Of a stretch of DNA of 64,000 nt, positions 41,392 to 54,627 are shown in pieces. The notes beneath the pieces were generated by a model that saw nothing but the letters and a program-made list of their open reading frames with translations, was not told where the DNA came from and made no database searches. This DNA is from Fimbriosthenelais zetlandica (taxonomy: Eukaryota). The stretch is taken from the NCBI GenBank assembly GCA_977030845.1, contig OZ365110.1, positions 20,212,001-20,276,000 on the forward strand, in the 5' to 3' direction. Every line of letters begins with the position of its first letter. Within the stretch, counting starts at the first letter, position 1. The position numbers and the translations under genes were made by a program.

Positions 41392-41425
41392 GAATCCTTT
41401 CACAAACAAGGCCTCCCTGATATCG
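41392..41425 (+). CDS. candidate 34-nt exon (ESFHKQGLPDI)
   Basis: catctcttttcAG acceptor ending 41391, GTAAGG donor at 41426, phase 0-to-1. Weakened because a stop-free 57-codon - strand frame overlaps it. Confidence 0.28.
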
Positions 41426-41639
41426 GTAAGGAATTTAATCAGGCTAATAGTTCCTAGATAAGATGCATGCAATCCTCCTCAAATTCCTATCCCGAATTTT
41501 CCATTTTATCAAGCACAGTCTTGAGGTATCTATGTACTTTACCATTAGAGTAAAGGTCGATTTTGCGACCTTTACCGAGGTAGACTGATTGAAGTAAACA
41601 ACTTAATGTTTCGTATCACGTATGCACCTTTTGAACCTC

Positions 41640-42161
41640 CTAGTGAACAAAGACAAAATCCACATTGTTTAGTCTTCTCCACGCCCCAGGTCCATTATGA
41701 TACTTCATATTGTATAAAATATAGCGTGACAAGCGCCTCTTAGAGTTGTTCTCAGAAGCCTTTTTACATTAGCTAACTTATATAAGATTAGAAACTTGGC
41801 CATTATATATAATAGGGATCGAGAGCAAGGTTATTTATCAGGAAAAAATGTCATTTTGCTTATAATATTGGGTAAAATATTAAATAGCATGACTTGAACT
41901 AATTCTCTAATAATTTCCTGCAATTATATTACATATAGTGGTCCAAAAGGACAATCTGTCTTTGGAAAGGCACTCAGCGTCTTGGTATTGATAGACGTTA
42001 TGTGACAAATGGCTAAAAAGTTGAACATAATGGAATCCCAAGGCTAATGCATGAAAGTTTGGTGTGGCTGGCATATTGATTATATCGCGGCTGTGGACCC
42101 AGGGCTGGTATCTGATCATATAAACTGACGGTGAAAGTACTCCTAAAAGTTTCCTCGACAA
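41640..42161 (-). mobile_element. pogo/Tigger-like transposase relic
   Basis: NFHALALGF (like FxASxGW), VYQYQDAE (like IYNxDE), LSKDRLSFWTTICNIIAG (like SKDRxTxxxCxNxxG), and MDLG at 41695-41684 (like PMDQG), in order. Confidence 0.6.
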
Positions 42162-42718
42162 ACTACATCCATCATTTTATGCAACAGGGATTTGCCACTG
42201 TGAGAGGGATGATACGTCCACTGATATTATATAATGCATCAAACCTGTCACCTCTCGTTACAATTTGACGGCTCATTCAGATAAATGGGATTTTTTTAGC
42301 CTTATTTTACAAAATACAGAGCTCATGCTTCATGATCCAACATTGAGATGACCCTGTCTCTAAAACGTATATACTTGGCAGCGTCGCTTTTTTTATATTG
42401 CGTTTTTATAGTGAACCATTTATAATGGGATAATTGCGTCATTGGAACTCTTGGAGAGTGATGAGGATGAAAATATGGTCATTAATGCCTATCTTAATTT
42501 GAAATGGAAGTATGCTGGTATAAAGTGATTGAAAGTAAAATTGAAAAATACAATTAAGGCATAGCATCAACATGTTCCTCATAATTATATAATTTCATTA
42601 TAATATATATTTTGAGTATCCTTTGACTATACTGGTCAGAAGTATCATGGTAATTTGATACACCATGTCCATGGAGGGAAGTTAAATTCCATGGTTTGAG
42701 TTATAGGCTTAAACTAGT

Positions 42719-43000
42719 ATGGAGCTGGTGCTTACTTCACTGGGCAAACCATTCCTCGCTTGCTCTGTATTTAACCCTGATTCTCAGAAGGTAGTGGGTT
42801 GGTATGTGATTCAGGTGGGTTCTTATCTTGGCAAAGCTTGGATATCAGTGACAGCACCCTGGACCTATCAGCAGACGGGGATTTATGTACATCCCCTACA
42901 CTCTACCAATGGCTTGTACAGGGATCAAGCTTTGCTCTTTGTGATCCAGGGGCTTAGCCTCTCCACCAGGCGCGACAATGGTCGCAGTCAGACCGGCTGA
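42719..43000 (+). mobile_element. possible Ty3 integrase fragment
   Basis: HPLHSTNGLYRDQALLF (like HGxPxxIxSDRxxxF) and TRRDNGRSQT (like HPxxDGQTE). Confidence 0.3.
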
Positions 43001-43258
43001 TCCCCCTTTTGGACCTTCCTGGGGCCTGTGTCAGAAGAGAAATGTGCGATCGACATTAGCCCATAGACTTAATATTGGCTAATATGGGGCATCTTTGTTA
43101 GGAGACGGGCCCCGATTTCAGGCTCTCAAGCCCTATTCATACATGGCTGGTTCAGTTGAATATCTCTAAGGCACCCTCATATAGGTATACAGGTCTATAT
43201 GTAGAATTTGCAACTAAATAAATAATTTACTAGTTGCTGCATCTAATTTCACACATTC

Positions 43259-43543
43259 CTATTTTATTTTCCGAATCTGGTCAAAATGCCATACATAAAT
43301 CATCGTATACTTAAATAAAAGTGTTTCAAAGCTTGAACAGAGATTGAACAGACGTACAAAGAGTAGTCTTTTTAGAACTGTCAGAAATCTTAAAATGCCT
43401 GAGTCTGAAAAAAAATAATGAAGAGTTCCAGAAACTCCTATCTGAGAGAGACCATCGACGTTGAGTGTCAATTTCATGGTCTTCCTAAAGACAGGACCAT
43501 GCCTTGTTGCAGCTGCAGATAATTTCCAGTGGAATTCCAGCAT
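43259..43543 (-). mobile_element. possible CACTA/EnSpm-like transposase fragment
   Basis: MKLTLNVDGL resembles the LxLNIDGxP motif of CACTA-group transposases. Confidence 0.3.
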
Positions 43544-44143
43544 GTTATGGATTTACACTATGTAAAATTAATATGACGGATATTTTACAGAAATATTGCC
43601 CTCTTTACCTAACCTTTTTAAATGTAGGAATGCTGGAGAATTCTACAGAATCCGTTGGCTCTGGGGTCTGTTTCAGAACAACCATTAGCAATGCTAAGTC
43701 TATGGGAATTTTTAAAGCTGAAACTGACCCCTGTCTTATAAATGGTTTTGCAGAATGATACATTGATATTATAAGTTATACGGCTATCAACTATCAACTA
43801 TGATCTTTGTATCGATCCTTTTACTGAATCTGCAGACTATAGAAGTTTTAGACATATACATTAGTCTGATCCTTGTCTACACGCACACGGAACAACAATA
43901 GCGTGTAGATTGATGTCCATTGTATGTGAGCATGCAAGCAGGGCATATGATGGCTTCAATGATATGAAAGAAAGATGAGACGATGCAACATTCATGCATC
44001 TCCACTCGTATTTCTCCCTTAGGGTGCATGTACAAATCAATGTAAGCCCAATCACCAATACAAAAGCGATTAATATATCCGTCATACCGTGGTTTATGTC
44101 ATAAAAACAGAGCTGCCATGCAATAATCCTACTGGCTAATATA

Positions 44144-44374
44144 CAGGGTGTTGTACAAGTAAATCACCTATTGCGAGGGTCGTCGAGGGTACCCTCGTGG
44201 AGCGATTGTATTGTACAAGCCATATCATTGAGAAAAACAGTGCTTGGTGATTACAAAAAAAAACAATTGTCCAAGCATTTTTTTCAAGAAAGCAGTACTT
44301 GAACAAAGCAAACGCTCGACGAGGTTGCCCTCGCCAACCCTCGCCATTGGCGAGGTTCCTTGTACACCAGGGGG
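44144..44374. mobile_element. 231-bp MITE-like element with about 76-bp imperfect terminal inverted repeats, flanked by TA
   Basis: 44144-44219 aligns by hand with the reverse complement of 44298-44374, with one indel and roughly three quarters identity. TA at 44142-44143 and 44375-44376 lies at equivalent offsets. Repeated CGAGGG/CCCTCG motif within the arms. Confidence 0.7.
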
Positions 44375-44759
44375 TATGCAGGATCCCCTTGTGAAACGGC
44401 CCCCGAATCATTCAAGCTAGTCCTCCCTGTATGGCTTCACACGTCTTCCCAGTTTAACGTTGGTCGAGATGTCCATTCCACCCTCTTGGCCCATGGCATG
44501 ACTGTCTAGTTAACTTATTGGACTAGAACTTAATTAAATTATCTAAATTGGCCATAAGTTTGCGAGTCTTAAAAAGTCCCGGGGCCGAGCTTTTAAGCAC
44601 GCTAATGACTTCCCCATTTGCCTTAAAAGCGTGGAGGATACGTCAATGTTTGACTATGGAATTGCTCAGAGAGGCATTCCCATGCCCCCATTTTCCATCA
44701 AGCCTGTTATCTTATATAGTGGAATAGTTTCACTTCTGTGATAACCGGATTACTTACCC

Positions 44760-45471
44760 ATTCACCGTCACACCAGCCACACAAAGGCGTGACCTTTCAA
44801 GAAGGAATCTCATGGTCAATGTTCTCCGGCAGAACAATGGCCAAGACAAGGCGTGTCTGAGCCCCACAAGAATGGGACAAATTCCTGTGGGCACGTCTGC
44901 TACGGTGTCTAATGGGGATGATTGGAATGGGGTAGATTTAGCCAAGAGGCTAAATAGGTTGGCAGGGGGACATGACCAGTTAAAGGAATCATAGCTGACA
45001 GGGAGCACATCTCAGATTTAGTTAAGGCAGCTGAGATCCAATTGACATCTTGGCCAACGTTCCAGAGGTCGTTGGTCTTCAAGCACGTTTTAAATTGAAG
45101 CCCCCTGCCAAGTCATGTAATCCCTTCTCAAGAGAAACCCGAGGACTGTAACTGAATAACATTAATTTGTGGAAGAAAGAGACTGAGGGGTTTTGGGGTA
45201 AAATTATGTTTGTATTATCACATTTATAAAATGAATGGGTTTGGACAATTGTGCTCGCTGCAATATATTTGTAAGAAGAGGAACTCCTTGTTGTTGTAAC
45301 TATTTCTATTGAAAGGTAAAAATGCAATCCATCACAATCAGGTTCCCTTCCAATTGTTTCCTTGAAAAATCTCCAGACATATATGTTCCAGGCAATTGTT
45401 ATCGTGAAAGCATATAGGAATATTACGAGCCTAATTACTGTAGAAGATCCGGCTTGGCTCATCAGTAACAA
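44760..45471 (-). mobile_element. L1-type endonuclease relic
   Basis: NIILPQNPSVSFFHKL...HDLAGGFN resembles NxYAPN...FFxxL...IxGGDFN. Confidence 0.4.
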
Positions 45472-48400
45472 TTCAGATGGTTACAAAATCAGCTTGCCAA
45501 TTAGTCTTGCCTAATCCGAGTGTTATCAAAGCATGCATAAGCATATAATATTGGCTAAATTCATTAGATAAAACCAACGGCATAATAAGCAAACAAAGGC
45601 ATCTTGGCATAGAACCAATTGGAACCAATTTATTGAAAGTAGCAATATACTTTTGTCAAACAATAGGAGGTAGCTACTCAAATTCAACTCACGATCTGTG
45701 GACTAACTTACCTTCCTTGGAATCAGGAAAGTTGAGATGGTTGCATACAAAGCTAAGCAAGTCACTTCCAGCCGCCCAATGAAACAGTAGACTGTGAATG
45801 AGGGCCAGAAAATATGATCTCCACTCGGCTGATGCAATTGCTTGGCTTGTTCATAAATGAAGGGGCTCCTGCCTCCAGCAATCAAGTGAGAAACCGATAG
45901 TTAATATTACATTATCGCAACTCTTGCGAAATTAAATACAGATGCCACCTGACATTCGGAATCGCCGAGTGGAAGAAACTCAGACTTGGCCAGATATTTT
46001 GTTTCAAAACGATGTCTATTAATCATTTGATAATCGGCAAATTCTCTTCGGAAATGTTGCTACTGATGGGCTCTTAAAGCTGAATGGAATTATGGCACTT
46101 GAAGCTACCATGCAGTCCTTTGGTAATTGAAATTATGAAAATTCTATTTGCATTTAACTATTGAAATTAGACTTTACTTAAGAACTGTTTTCTACAGCGA
46201 CAAAATATTGAAGCAATCGCGTTAGCTGATTGAATTAAGGGGGTCAAGCCATTTTACTGATAAAGACTTTAATGCTACCATTACCTTTACACTCGATGAC
46301 TGTAATAATTATTTCCAATCACATTAACATCGGTGGGATATTTCTTACCCAGCGCAGTTTTAATTTCCTATATTGAGCGATGGAGAGCTAATCAAGTTGG
46401 AATTAGAGCGACACTGGACTGCAGGCCCTCATATAATGAAGAGACTAGGCTGATCCTATAGGAAGGGCCAGCCATTACAACAGGTTATCCTTACATTAAA
46501 CCGATTGCCCCGGGGTCTGGAGCAATGATTACCCAGCCCCCTGGTCAGATTACTGCCACCTTTAATCACGGAGATTAAGGTTAAATCTGTAGGTGGCTGG
46601 CCATAATTGAACGATCAACGCTGGCTCAGTGACTATACTATTCTGTTCTATAGGGATGGACATACACATGTAGGCCTATATCTTGCTTTCTCCATCATCT
46701 CCCTGAATAAGTTTCAAAACTCAAAGCTTATGCCTATAATAAACCATGGTATTTTACTTATCTCAAATGTCTACCTTGTAAATTCCATTTTCTCTTAAAT
46801 AGTAATTAAATTATAAATATACTCTTAATTAAATTATACTCTTACGTATGCATATATGTAGCTTTCTGAAGTTCGTAGTGCCTGGGTAAAAGCAAGCCAT
46901 GCATCTCTGCAACGCTTGGTACATATGATCTCATTTATATGTATGTATTCATCCCCTGGAAGGGTTTCATAAATGTGTATCATATGAATTTGTTTATAAA
47001 CAGAGATGGAATAATAATAAAAACTGGTGTGTGGCAGTGCAGTAGACCTGCCTTACGACCTCATCCCAGTTGTTTTTAGAGGTAGAGGCTACAACACTCC
47101 ACATTTGTATTTCAGTATTTATTGATCGCTCTATTACTATACATTTTATTTGAAAGTGTCCGCTCGATATTTCCTAATCAATATCCTTACTCCAGGATGG
47201 CAGCTTAATGGAATGGCTCCTATTCTAGCGCTACAAAAAGAAATTAATCGATAGAGATATACCTTGGCCAAAATAGCTTAGATCAATTGTAGAAGAGGCT
47301 ATTGATCAGCCTGATGCTATATGACACGTGGGTTTCAATAGAGGTATAGGAAGCCATCCATTTAAGCGGGATCCTGTTGGGATGTTTTTTTAAAGGCCTT
47401 GCTGATATTCAATATAATCATATAGAGGTCAAGTCAGTGATGGCAATGTCCAATCTGATGATTTACGACATGTGTGCTTAAAGCTGAATTTCATTACTCG
47501 AATCGTCGTTAATATATTAATGTATATAGATTGCTGTCACATCTGATAATCATGAGCTTCTATTTTTCTATCAGTCCTTTCTTCTTGATGATTTTATCCC
47601 ATTTGATATTTGTCCTCTCTCTATAGAAATAGCTGGTACATGTAACACATGCCCACTAGGTTAATGAAATATCCAAAAGCAGTGAGGCCTTCAGCACCAA
47701 AGTGTTTGTGATTACAAATGATTTGCTTTGCCCTCACATACAGTAATACATGCATTCTTATTTTGGCCCAAGACTTTGTGATTATCTAAGCTCAGAGTGC
47801 AAACACGGAGATTATTGTGTGCGTATTTTCCTAAATATAGCAAATCAAGAATTCCCTGAGCACTTCACTGAAAGCACGAAAAATAGATTTATGCTTACAG
47901 CATAAAACTGCTTAGTACTTTTGATATAATGGATTCTGAATTCAGATATCAGAGACTTCGTGGCTTGGGGCATGTTTCTGTTTTGGTACCTCGACGAATG
48001 GTAATGAGGCAACTGTAGGCACTGCCTCGGGCTAAGGAATACTTTGGTGATTATAAAAAACTGTTGCTATTATAAAATATCATCTTCAAATGTGCCCTGA
48101 ATGTCTTCAAGACCTTTCCACTCCGAAGCTCTGAATGTAGCAACACATTACGGTTCGTTCCGTAACAAAATGTCTTATTTACAAGAAACGAACGGTATAG
48201 TGTAGGTATTTTTAGGATATTGATTAGTGTGTCCTTTAAGACATCTCTTGCAAAACTGATCATATTTGAAAATTATTTGTAGGTACATGGTTGAACTGGT
48301 GTATCTCCAATTGTAGAACTTATCTGACTCTAGAGCTGTAGAACTTTGATTTCCTCACGTAGTTTAGTACATCAAGGGTGGAGTACAGTTGAAATTGTCT

Positions 48401-50779
48401 TAAAAGCAGTTCACTTTCACCGGCTTGTGCTTAAAGAGAACAATTGTAATAAATCGCTACTCCAGTCACGTTTCTTTAAGAAGATTCAAGCTTCAGAAAG
48501 TCCAAAGATCTGTCAGCGAGCGACTGCCAAGAGCGTAATGTACGGGCTTTTTATTGGGTTAATGTAAAATCACATCATTCGTACATGTTAGTTTCTATTT
48601 TAAACCCAAGTGTGAGGTTTGTTATACCCCCAGGGCACATTTTAGTCTTGAATGTTTTGACCCAGACCTTGATTGAGCTGATATGAAATTTGCCCTCAGG
48701 CATACATTGACAATGTCTGATTGTCCGTATTATTGACACATTTTACTAGGTTCAAACCATAGATGATTATGTCCATGTGTGATGTCCATACATTATGAAG
48801 CCTAAATGTGATCTGGATCATGTACAGGTTCAGTGACTTAGTTGTACTTAAGCTAGTTATAATAGGCCTCGAGGTAAAGTTTCATATTAGGTCTATCTAT
48901 ATCTGTGCTCCAATAAACATGTTCAGATCAGTGGAGTGAATTAATTGATGTCACTATGATCTCATCAGATCTAAATTATCATTTATAAAAGATCTTGGAC
49001 CAATAGACTACAAACTGGTCGGTCTAATGATATTCAGAAATGATCGATCAAGGACGTAGTTTGTTAAATTTTCTTAAAATACTTCCTTATAATTTAAAAT
49101 TTGCATCGACATTTTTAACTTAAAATCTCCTAAACGAAACATTTTGTTTTCACGGGATTGCATGTAGGATTAGAACGTGCCCTCTTAAGTTCTTATATAT
49201 ATGAAAGGCTGTAAATATTGACCGAGCAAAGCTTTTTTGTTGTTGTTCATTTTGCTGTTCATCCTAGGGGGCAAGGCCACCTAATGTAGGTGTGCTATGA
49301 CTCATTACATATAGGTGCCTATATAACCAGCTCCCCTGGAAACCATCGTGTAGAAGATCATTGGGAATTTAATAAGATATGACACTAGATGTCACCCGCC
49401 CAAGGATATTATATCAAAGTAAAACACTGTTCTCAAAGGAGAACTGCCTGCCATTGAGAGCATGCCATTTGGATCCAAAGTGTGATCCTGACCTATGAGC
49501 TTTTTTGTGGCTAGCGATGATCCCTAAAACATCGGAGGCAATTGCGATGCCATGGGAACACAGGCTGAATTTTGATTCTTGGTCACGAAAAAGGGTTTTC
49601 TCGTGATTAACAGTTGGTTTTTAACTCAGAGCATTAAGAATTCTCCAGCTGGGGCTGATCAATAAATCCTTCAAAAGTTATTGGCCTGGAATAAGGAAGA
49701 TTTGTTGTGAACATTTTCCAGTTCCATGCGCATGAAGTAGATGCCATCAGAGAATGGTAATCTTTAATTATTAAGGAATAATCAGTGAAAATGCACGGCA
49801 AAAAGTGAAATTGTGGACGTGCATTTTGCAAGTGCAATTTCGTTTGTCAAAGCTTCCTTTATTGGTCTCTATTGTAGTCTGAGGCCTTATTAAATAATTA
49901 TTATGAGACATAGATATTTTAATCATAGATATATTATGGCAGTGGTCTGAAGGTTGTCTGGAGCATAATTATTGACATGCCAGTTATTGCATGGATATAT
50001 GTATCTAAACGGTTGGTCTGTTTTCGGCCGCCTGCAATGTTAGAGCAAAGTCACCCTAGTGTCAGGATTATCGTAAACTCGTCACCAAGTCAGGGTAGGT
50101 TTCAGGGTGTACCTTAGCAAAGCAGAAAGCTAAAGTATTATGGGAAAGACCCCCTTGTGTCTAAAGGAGGTTTCTGCCGTGGTTACGGTTTCCAGGGCTG
50201 TCCGTGGATAAATATGGGTGAATATTTTAAAATTGAGAGAGATCTGGATTTAAAATATTTTTCTTTCTATTCACTCGAAAAGTGCCCAACTTAAGAAAAC
50301 TCCATTAGTGTTCAACATTGTGTCCTAGCCCTTTTAAGGGCTTAAATAGTAGGACTAATACAATGTACTCAGGTTGAACCTACATGTATATTTGGCCTTT
50401 GTTGTCAGTATTCGTTGACCGCTCCAATGAATGCTATTATACATCCTTAATAACGGTGGGGAATGTTTGAGACGAGCATAGATTTAGTGTTAAAGTGGAC
50501 ATAACCCCTTAAGCCAAACGGTGCTGGGAGATTACTTTATCTAAACCGTGACTTGACAACTCCCTTGGTATTCAAGGTCTGTCCACTTCTAGAGGGGATT
50601 TGCTTGGAGGTGGACTTGTTTCATTAAGACTAGCTTCATTAGGAGGGACTGCATCTTACTTCTGCCTTACAGAATCAGGTCGGTACAAACTACTGAACAC
50701 TAACAGAGACAACCTGGTAATCTGCATGCTACCTTCCGGTTAGTATAAAATCTTGATGAATTTGGCCATATTGTTATGG

Positions 50780-51540
50780 CAATCGTTTCCCTTAAAATCT
50801 AGCATTCATCATTTGACTTTCATTTTCCGTATTGGATGTGTTATTGGGACCAGAGTGGCTGCATTTTTATTCTGAGAGTTTTAATTTCAATTTTACTGAA
50901 GGCATGACCTCCAGGAATCCAGTAAGTTAATGCCATGTTCAATTGTTCAAATTGAAATTCTAATCAATAGGAAAATTTCTAAAATGGCCTCCATTATGGT
51001 TGCCATCCAAATGCTTTAGCCAGTTTGAATTGTTCCGGAATACAATACCCCAAAATAACTTGGATAAAACCTCCAATGGAGGGTATTCAAAATCGATGTT
51101 CTAACCGCATGGGAAGCCATCGGGTTATCACATTAACTCTGGCTTCCCATAACTTTCCAACTTTTACCAGATTTGTATGCATTGAGAAATGTATCCAGTC
51201 AGGCCCAACCCTCTGGCTTTTCCCACACTCCATAAGACAGTAGCATCAGTTGATGAGTTCCGCGCTCCTCCAATTTTCTTTTTCACTGGCTTCTAACATT
51301 TTGATGGGTAGCGGGCTTTTCATCAGCTAATTAAGATGACAGACTGGATGTGTGGTCCGTTTTGTTTCCAACTGCGGCTCTGGCATTCATTTGCATGGCA
51401 AAGTTATCTGGCTAAATTGGTCTGCCTTTATGCTAAAGGCTTCTTGCTGCAAAATCTCTGATTTCGTTCGATTATTGTCGCCATGCAGAGTCGCTTTCAA
51501 TGCGATCTGGTTAAAATCTATTGAAAGGTTGGGTGTGGTG
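50780..51540 (-). mobile_element. Tc1-type transposase relic
   Basis: KLFWGIVFRNNSNWLKHLDGNHNGGHF (starting 51061) matches FWG...LxxLDGxxNxxxY. QNKNAA downstream resembles QQDNAP. Confidence 0.5.
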
Positions 51541-51903
51541 AGTAAAATTTAATCAGTGTATATGTTTTATTTTCTGGTTATTAATGTTTAAAAATTCTGC
51601 CTTTGACAGATAAATGTGTTGCTTTTCTGTTATTTTGTATGAATGGGTATTAATAACTTTATTTCATTATTATTTCATTATCGTTTCCTTGGATTTCCCT
51701 GCAAAAGATTATATTTATGCATTTTTAGGGAGTTTGAGGCTGTGCTTTATGGGCTTACTTGATATAAGACTATGTAGAATGTTCTTACCATATTTCTAGG
51801 CAGTAGTGCGTGGAAATGAATGGTACACTTTTTGCAATTTTTCTTACCGTTGTTTTAATGTTTTTCTTGCTGAACAAAAAGGTTGTACTATCCTACTCCA
51901 CTC

Positions 51904-52174
51904 TGTCGGGCATCTACTCTAGGGATAACATATAAACATAACACCTTATATTCAATACAAACACAAATCTAAATCTTAGAGGACGTGGAGAATGGGACCT
52001 AGAGTCGGCGGGGCACTCAGAAAGCAAGAGCAAAGTGGGGGATATAAGAGATTTAAGAGGTAAGAAAATAAGGAAAAATGTTAAAGAATTTCAAAAATAA
52101 AGGAAGGACAGGAAAGGATCTGTATGGGCTTATGCATGGGGGACATACTAGAGCGAGAGTTAAGATGGGGAGAT

Positions 52175-52215
<41 letters not shown>

Positions 52216-52440
52216 CAGAGAAGGAGAGCAGAAGATACATGAGCAATCTCAAGATGTAAGCAATAAAAATAAAAGTGAGGAGAGGTGTTCGAGGGGGGAT
52301 CCTGCCAACACAGACCAGATAATGACCTGCCGAGTTTAGCCTTAGCATACATTCCTCCATCTCAGTGGATACGAAGATAGACATGCGTAAGATATAAATA
52401 GATCGACAGGGGCCAAAACAGTCCATCCCTGACCTCCCAG
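51904..52440 (-). mobile_element. LTR-like segment containing a GA microsatellite
   Basis: GA-rich tract adjacent to the Ty3 pol relic. Boundaries are approximate. Confidence 0.35.
52170..52211. repeat. (GA)n microsatellite with two GATA interruptions
   Basis: Directly visible: gagatagagagagatagagagagagag... Confidence 0.95.
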
Positions 52441-52599
52441 GCCTCTATACTCTTTACTTCAGTAATATTATTCAATAACAAAAAATACCTTGTAACTTCC
52501 GACCCATGATGATCATCCCTCTTTGTTTATCTTAATACTTTATTGTTACCGCCAATTGTTTACTTGAGATATGGGACTTTTTCGGGATATTTTGTTGAG

Positions 52600-53150
52600 A
52601 ATTTTGGTGAAAAGGTTAACTGGAGTTAAGCTTATCGGTCTACTAAGGTGCAAACATTATGTTCCTAGGTGGTAAGAATATATCATAGTACTTGATGTAA
52701 TACTCTTGGTGGATGAGGTGAGAGCGTCTACGAGCTGCTCTTGACGGCCATAAAGCCACTCGCGCACCTTTCTAATGACAAAAAACCTATCACACCTTTG
52801 AGTATAACGCCTAGTCTTGTATCTATGATGAATGGTCTGTCAGAACAAGAGGGAGATGGTGTGTTATGGCCTGTAATAGCTGAGAAGTTGTTCAACCATT
52901 TCCCATAGTACCGAGAATATAGCTGCGTTTACGAGCTCGACCTCCCTCTTGATTGCCTTTGTTCGAAGTCATCCATCGGTAAGCCATCCCGTGGAAACTA
53001 GTAGACGATCCTGATAATAGATGTGCTTTTAATGGTATATTTTTCTTGCCCAAGACCTATACACAGGGCTCAAAGGGGATTTAAGGAGATCACCATAGTA
53101 ATCTAGTCATATCCGGGTCAAAAACACGGGAGGCCAGAGCGAAGTCCACC
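52600..53150 (-). mobile_element. Ty3/Gypsy RT-RNase H relic
   Basis: RYYGKWLNNFSAITG (52913-52869; like GYYRRFIxNFSxIA) and SDRPFIIDTRLGVIL (52844-52800; like PFxLxTDASxxGLGAVL). Confidence 0.7.
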
Positions 53151-54237
53151 ATAACAATTAATATGGAAGAAATAGCTTGGAACCGTTTGGGATTGGAATC
53201 ACCTTTTTATCATAAATACGGACTAGATCTGTTTATTTAATGAAACACCCCTGAGTATTCCACTGCACAGAAAGTATTCAATCCGTGTTTATATAATGTA
53301 CACCCAAGGGGCATTTAAATATGCCTCTGATAAATGTAAAAACCATGCTTCCATAAAAGTGGAATTCAGCAGGGAGCTTGTTTTTATTTTTGACATACCC
53401 CGATAGCATCAACTGAAAAAATAACATTTTGTATGGAAGGAGGAAAAACATCAAAAACCTCCTTTTGAAACATCCAAGTGAATGGAAGATGTGGGTTAGA
53501 AGTGGACCATATGTTCATCTTTCATGGCCACCTTTAGTACTGTAATAATCCACTTCACATTTAGCTGGCCTCGTGGGGTCAGCCTGCAGGCACTTCTGAC
53601 TCTTGGGAGGTCAGGAGGGGTCTAGCACCACCTTGTCCGAAAGTAATCAGTCTTCGGCAGCAGCAGCTATGATGTAGCATATACACTGGCCCTGCCTTCT
53701 CTGAATCCCAACCACAAGGCCAGCGTTCCTAACTAACACCAGAGGTTCCTTTCACTCTTAACCTCACCTTTGAGGAGCTGCATGCTACCTCAGTGAAGAC
53801 TTGCCAATAATATGCTCCTGTATCTTTACATCTGCAAAGTGTGGAGTTGATAATCCCGGGTGTGAGTACAAGCTCACTTGTACTTTTGTACTACACTTGT
53901 ACTACCGAAATTTAGTTACAATCAGCCAGTGGCATGCCTGCCCCTGCCTGGAATATTTTATGAATTAAAACTGAATAAGTATGAATAATGGAACTGTCAG
54001 AGCCCTGGCACATTAAATTGAATACCTTTCATTTATTTCATGTCAGGATATTGGGCTGTCCTAAAAACTGAAGGATAACTCAAGTCTAGCCTGTCCTCAC
54101 TAAAGCAATTCACGAGGCCAGCACTCATCCCTGGGTTTTCAAAGCCCACCTGCGCTAGAAGCAGGGGAATCTTCCCAGCTTAGAGTAGGCATAAAGGCTA
54201 CATGTACAGTAACAATACCATGTCCACTGGGCTAGAC

Positions 54238-54627
54238 TGACATCCATTCAGAAAAAAGTAGGACGACAGTCAAGGGCAACACTGTAAGGGATAGAGGGTA
54301 TGATGCCATTGAGGGAAAGTAAGAAGGGAAATGGAATTGAGAAGATAACGTTCCAACTATAGGGATATTGAGGTCTGGAAGGGGAGATAGAAACGTAAGG
54401 GATAAAAATAAAACCATGAGGATGGAATATAGGAAAAGGTGAATACATTGAGAATGATGACGAAAGGCAAAAAGAAAGAACGAATTGTCACGAACTGAAA
54501 ACATTGTAGGGGAAAGGATAGAGATGTAGGTAAGCAATTAAAGATGTAAGTAGGATAAGGGGGAAGACAGGAAGAAAGAATAAAAGAATGAAGTGGCAGG
54601 TATGCCCGAATCAAGGGTCTAGTAACA
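54238..54627 (-). mobile_element. solo-LTR-like segment (390 bp)
   Basis: TG...CA ends (TGTTA...TGTCA on the - strand) around a GA-rich body. No matching TSD (tagac versus actgc). Confidence 0.35.

Noticed and set aside
2567-41425. Naming the host protein: GH5-like (LGVKVVKIW resembles LGxxVVRxW; GLPDID resembles GLxxLD), C2-domain (LIGETxIDL), alpha/beta-hydrolase (GETIG resembles GxSxG) or CsrA-like
   Set aside because: Each resemblance covers under 30 residues, lacks a key residue or correct spacing, and depends on an unproven splice path. The readings are mutually exclusive. An HMM search of a verified cDNA is needed.
43876-43909. Perfect 9-bp hairpin (also 61099-61122) as a terminator or Helitron end
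   Set aside because: Stems of this length are expected several times in 64 kb, and there is no correctly placed CTAG or U-tract.
44144-44374. RIP-like hypermutation as the cause of repeat decay
   Set aside because: Mismatches between the MITE arms are mostly transversions and CpGs persist. One element is thin evidence, so RIP is unsupported rather than excluded.
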